A stretch of DNA of 64,000 nt from positions 5,344,001 through 5,408,000 of the forward strand of contig CP181291.1 in assembly GCA_052279835.1 (NCBI GenBank). The letters run 5' to 3'. The translations under genes were made by a program, and so were the position numbers. This document shows positions 61,369 through 64,000 of this stretch, one piece after another. Positions within the stretch are counted from its first letter, which is position 1. Each line of letters opens with the position of its first letter. The notes beneath the pieces were generated by a model. The model saw nothing but the letters and a program-made list of their open reading frames with translations. It ran no database searches and was not told the origin of the DNA. The stretch comes from Microcoleus sp. (GTDB lineage: Bacteria; Cyanobacteriota; Cyanobacteriia; Cyanobacteriales; Microcoleaceae).

Positions 61369-61626
61369 ATATGCAGTAGTGTAACTGGTTAGGTTTAGCT
61401 AGGAGTTTTTGGTAGCAGGGACTGGGGACTAAAAGAGTTTAGGGTATTAAGCCGTGGGAGCAATTCTTTAATTCTTCAATCTCAAATCTTAAATCTCAAA
61501 TTGATTTATGGCGGGTTAACCGCTTCTCAAAATCTAGGTATTGGTCAACTTTCACAAACCCTCTTTACAATGGGAGAAGAAACGTTTAAGAATTGTAACT
61601 AACATTGGATTTCACATTTAGATACT

Positions 61627-61821
61627 ATGCACACAGAGGCAATTAAAGCAATGACACCTATACAACCCACCATAACTCCGAAACTGTCACAGCCAAAATT
61701 TGGCTTCAACAACTACGCCGAAAGGCTCAACGGTAGAGCTGCGATGATCGGCTTTATCCTCACTTTGGCGATCGAGTATGCCACAGGGCAGGGCTTACTG
61801 TCCTGGTTAGGCCTCAACTAA
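61627..61821 (+). CDS. hli: High-light-inducible protein (HLIP/SCP)
   Basis: FGFNNYAERLNGRAAMIGF chlorophyll-binding ExxNxR motif. Confidence 0.95.
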   Translation: MHTEAIKAMTPIQPTITPKLSQPKFGFNNYAERLNGRAAMIGFILTLAIEYATGQGLLSWLGLN

Positions 61822-62173
61822 TTTTAGCGTGCTGTCAGCCTCACATCGGCTCGATCGCCAGGGAATAGTCGGTGTGAGTTCTCTGTTGAGTGTCACCAGT
61901 TCTCGAATTGATTAGAATATGCACAAGAAACAATATCAGAGACTTGTGTGTCTTGGGATATCTGTTCTCATAAAGGCAGAGCTGGATTATCATGTGTCGA
62001 TCGGGCAAAAAATTGATTTGACGAGGTTGGCAATTTGACCGGACTCCCGTACAATGCCCCACAGGCGAGAATGTTAATCTAGGTTAAGCTAGTATTTGAC
62101 CTAGAAATCCCGAATGTTCCGCCAGCTCTCAGCTTTAGAAATTGTAGATAAATATAGAAAAGAGTAAACAGCA

Positions 62174-62479
62174 ATGAATGCTTCATGGACGCGACTTTTA
62201 AGGTCTGCTTACCGTAGAGATCCTATTACCAGCTTTGTTGTGACAGTGGGCGTTGTCGATGCAGCGATCGGCAGTATTGGTGCTAGTGGCTCTTTATTGG
62301 CTTTTGGGCTAGGTACCGCTGGGGTGGCGATCGCCCTGAGATTCTGGCAGAGTTACCGCTCAGGAGCCGAACAGCCTGCACCTGCTCCCGAATACTATCT
62401 CCCCCCTCAGTCTTCTCGACCTCAGTTACCCACACTCAACAACCTATCTAAAAAAAATCCTCCCTATGAAGGGTACTGA
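62174..62479 (+). CDS. Hypothetical membrane protein
   Basis: 101 aa with two hydrophobic segments and a Pro-rich tail. Confidence 0.7.
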   Translation: MNASWTRLLRSAYRRDPITSFVVTVGVVDAAIGSIGASGSLLAFGLGTAGVAIALRFWQSYRSGAEQPAPAPEYYLPPQSSRPQLPTLNNLSKKNPPYEGY

Positions 62480-62716
62480 GTAATCGGAATGAGGTGAGGC
62501 AAATATGACAAAAGGGAAGGAAATGTGAGTTTCCTTCCCTTTTGTTTTCTGGTTTTGCGTGTAGTTTTGGCGATCGCCCGATTCAGGGTTTTGGGCTTTT
62601 AATTTTTTCCGCAAAGTTTGCTGTTGTTTTTTTAGCTGTCGAACTCTGGCTGAGCCACCTTTTCCTTTGGAGTTTCTGCCTTCACTGCGGGGAGACTCCC
62701 AACTCTTCAGTCTCAT
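62444..62716 (-). CDS. Small basic protein (90 aa) with KGKGGS motif; candidate alternative ribosome-rescue factor
   Basis: MRLKSWESPRSEGRNSKGKGGSARVRQLKKQQQTLRKKLK...; the track's upstream ATG at 62746 lies inside intron domain VI. The function is inference only. Confidence 0.55.
   Translation of the reverse strand: MRLKSWESPRSEGRNSKGKGGSARVRQLKKQQQTLRKKLKAQNPESGDRQNYTQNQKTKGKETHISFPFVIFASPHSDYSVPFIGRIFFR
62508..62545. terminator. Bidirectional intrinsic-terminator-like hairpin
   Basis: ACAAAAGGGAAGGAAA-6 nt-TTTCCTTCCCTTTTGT, a 16-bp perfect inverted repeat giving a U-run on both strands. Confidence 0.85.
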
Positions 62717-62726
62717 GTTGTTATTT

Positions 62727-64000
62727 GTTAGAGTCGATAGGGGCATTTCTACCCCTACCTCTGATTCAGAACGGAACGTGAAACTTTCGTTTCATTCCGC
62801 TCCTTGGTATCTCCATCCTTTGTTAAGGGTTCAATTCAAAACGGGTGTTATGCTGGTTCTTGTAAGGGAACCGTCATTTTCCGTTTTTGTGTCGTGACAG
62901 TGTTTATGTAGAAGTTGGAGGTTTTTGTACTCATCTTTACCGCCTAACGAGCGGGGTTGGATATGGTCAACTTCTAAAATGTCTGTAGGTGTGAAGTACA
63001 GACCACAGTGGGTACATTTACCTTTTTGTGTCCTAAGCAGTGTTGCCACTCTTGTTGGTGTTTCCAGGTATTCTCCGCGTCTTTTACTCCAATAAATCCA
63101 GTCCCCATCATAGGGTGTTGAGTTGCCCTTTACTTTGACGTGCCTTATAATAGGCGTTGCTGAGTGTTGGGTTAGCTCTAAACCTTCTTCTGTGCTGAAA
63201 CACCAATTTCTGTTGCCTACTGTTCGCCAGTATTTGTCTTTGTTGATGCTACCTTTTCCCCGTCTTCTAGCCCATGCTCTTAGTTTGTCGTAGGTAAGAC
63301 TATCGACCTTTTTGAAGGTGTCCTTACTTACTACTGTTGAGTAATAGTTTGACCATCCCCAAATTATTGAATTAAGCCTTTTGATTAAGACGTATTGGGG
63401 GGAGTGGCTATGAGTGTCTATCACTTCTTCAATTTTCGTAATATGAGCCTTGACTTTAGGCTTTGACGGAGTGATTAATGTTTTAAAGCCGAGTGGAATT
63501 CCTTTTGTACTTTTAGCACTTCGGTAGTTGCCTACCTTGTATTGTTGTACATGAAATCCTAAAAACTCAAACCCAACATTTCCATTGTATTCGTTGAGGG
63601 TGTGGGTTAATTTTGTTTTACTTGGCTTCAATTCTAAGCCAAAATCACTTAACCATTCTGCAATTATCTTCTGACAGGCTAGTATTACTTCAATGTCTTT
63701 GTGAATAATCACAAAATCATCGGCGTACCGGATTAAACTGATTTCTTTTTGCTGATTAATGGATTTACCAGCAAATTGCTTAACCCGTTCCTCCATTCCA
63801 TGTAAGGCTATATTTGCCAAAAGTGGGGAGATGACCCCACCTTGTGGCGTACCTTCATTAGTTGGGAAGATTTCACCTTGGTCTAATACCCCGCTTTTAA
63901 GCCAGGACTTAACTTGTCTTCGGAGTCCTGGATAGGTATTGATTTTGTCAAGTAATGCTTTGTGATTAATGCGGTCAAAGCATTTGGCAAGATCAGCATC
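62727..64000 (-). mobile_element. Group II intron (IIB-like), 3' portion; continues beyond the window
   Basis: 34-nt domain V GAGCGGAATGAAACGAAAGTTTCACGTTCCGTTC (62802-62769) with AGC triad and GAAA loop; domain VI hairpin ending ...CTCTAAC at 62727; RT ORF upstream. Confidence 0.92.
62831..64000 (-). CDS. ltrA: Group II intron reverse transcriptase/maturase with HNH endonuclease (5' end beyond the window)
   Basis: The frame stays open to the window edge: DADLAKCFDRINH, GTPQGGVISPLLANIALHG, RYADDFV, FEFLGF, maturase GWSNYY, and HNH region CTHC...EVDHI...NLQLLHKHCH. Confidence 0.96.
   Translation of the reverse strand, partial: DADLAKCFDRINHKALLDKINTYPGLRRQVKSWLKSGVLDQGEIFPTNEGTPQGGVISPLLANIALHGMEERVKQFAGKSINQQKEISLIRYADDFVIIHKDIEVILACQKIIAEWLSDFGLELKPSKTKLTHTLNEYNGNVGFEFLGFHVQQYKVGNYRSAKSTKGIPLGFKTLITPSKPKVKAHITKIEEVIDTHSHSPQYVLIKRLNSIIWGWSNYYSTVVSKDTFKKVDSLTYDKLRAWARRRGKGSINKDKYWRTVGNRNWCFSTEEGLELTQHSATPIIRHVKVKGNSTPYDGDWIYWSKRRGEYLETPTRVATLLRTQKGKCTHCGLYFTPTDILEVDHIQPRSLGGKDEYKNLQLLHKHCHDTKTENDGSLTRTSITPVLN

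Noticed and set aside
61545..61605. RpaB HLR1 site upstream of hli
   Set aside because: TTTACAAT and reverse-strand GTTACAAT half-sites are present, but I could not find a correctly spaced direct-repeat pair.
62717..62746. Track start (ATG 62746) for the small basic ORF
   Set aside because: It lies inside intron domain VI and would be removed by splicing; ATG 62716 was used instead.
1..64000. tRNA or rRNA genes
   Set aside because: No cloverleaf or rRNA-like segment was recognised by eye; a tRNAscan-SE/Infernal run would be needed to exclude small RNAs.

Overview
This is a chromosomal window from a filamentous cyanobacterium. Abundant HIP1 GCGATCGC sites, heptamer STRR tracts, an hps locus and an hli gene point to an Oscillatoriales/Microcoleus-like organism; the taxon is inferred. 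Most of the window is housekeeping genes (panB, speE, priA, phnDCE, ycf29/rre1, map, tex, argB, mreBCD, ssb, scpA, cugP-like, speA), with intergenic gaps crowded by REP-like hairpins and several MITE families. Accessory blocks are: a cluster of secreted proteins; a poly-HAMP hybrid kinase/CheR/CheB/hybrid kinase operon whose large kinase carries a +1 frameshift; the hpsA-pseudopilin locus with a divergent sulfotransferase; a vapBC pair broken by an IS5-type remnant; an ATPase plus shuffled-TPR gene pair next to an MNT-HEPN module; and the 3' part of a group IIB intron at the right edge. The best new-system candidates are (1) a small basic ORF with a KGKGGS motif and a terminator-like hairpin inside its coding sequence, the architecture of ArfA/BrfA/ArfT ribosome-rescue factors, lying 10 nt after the intron 3' end, and (2) the ATPase + degenerate-NTPase/TPR pair, whose 120-bp repeats vary almost only at a few codons. 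All calls come from reading the sequence and from recalled family motifs; no searches were run.
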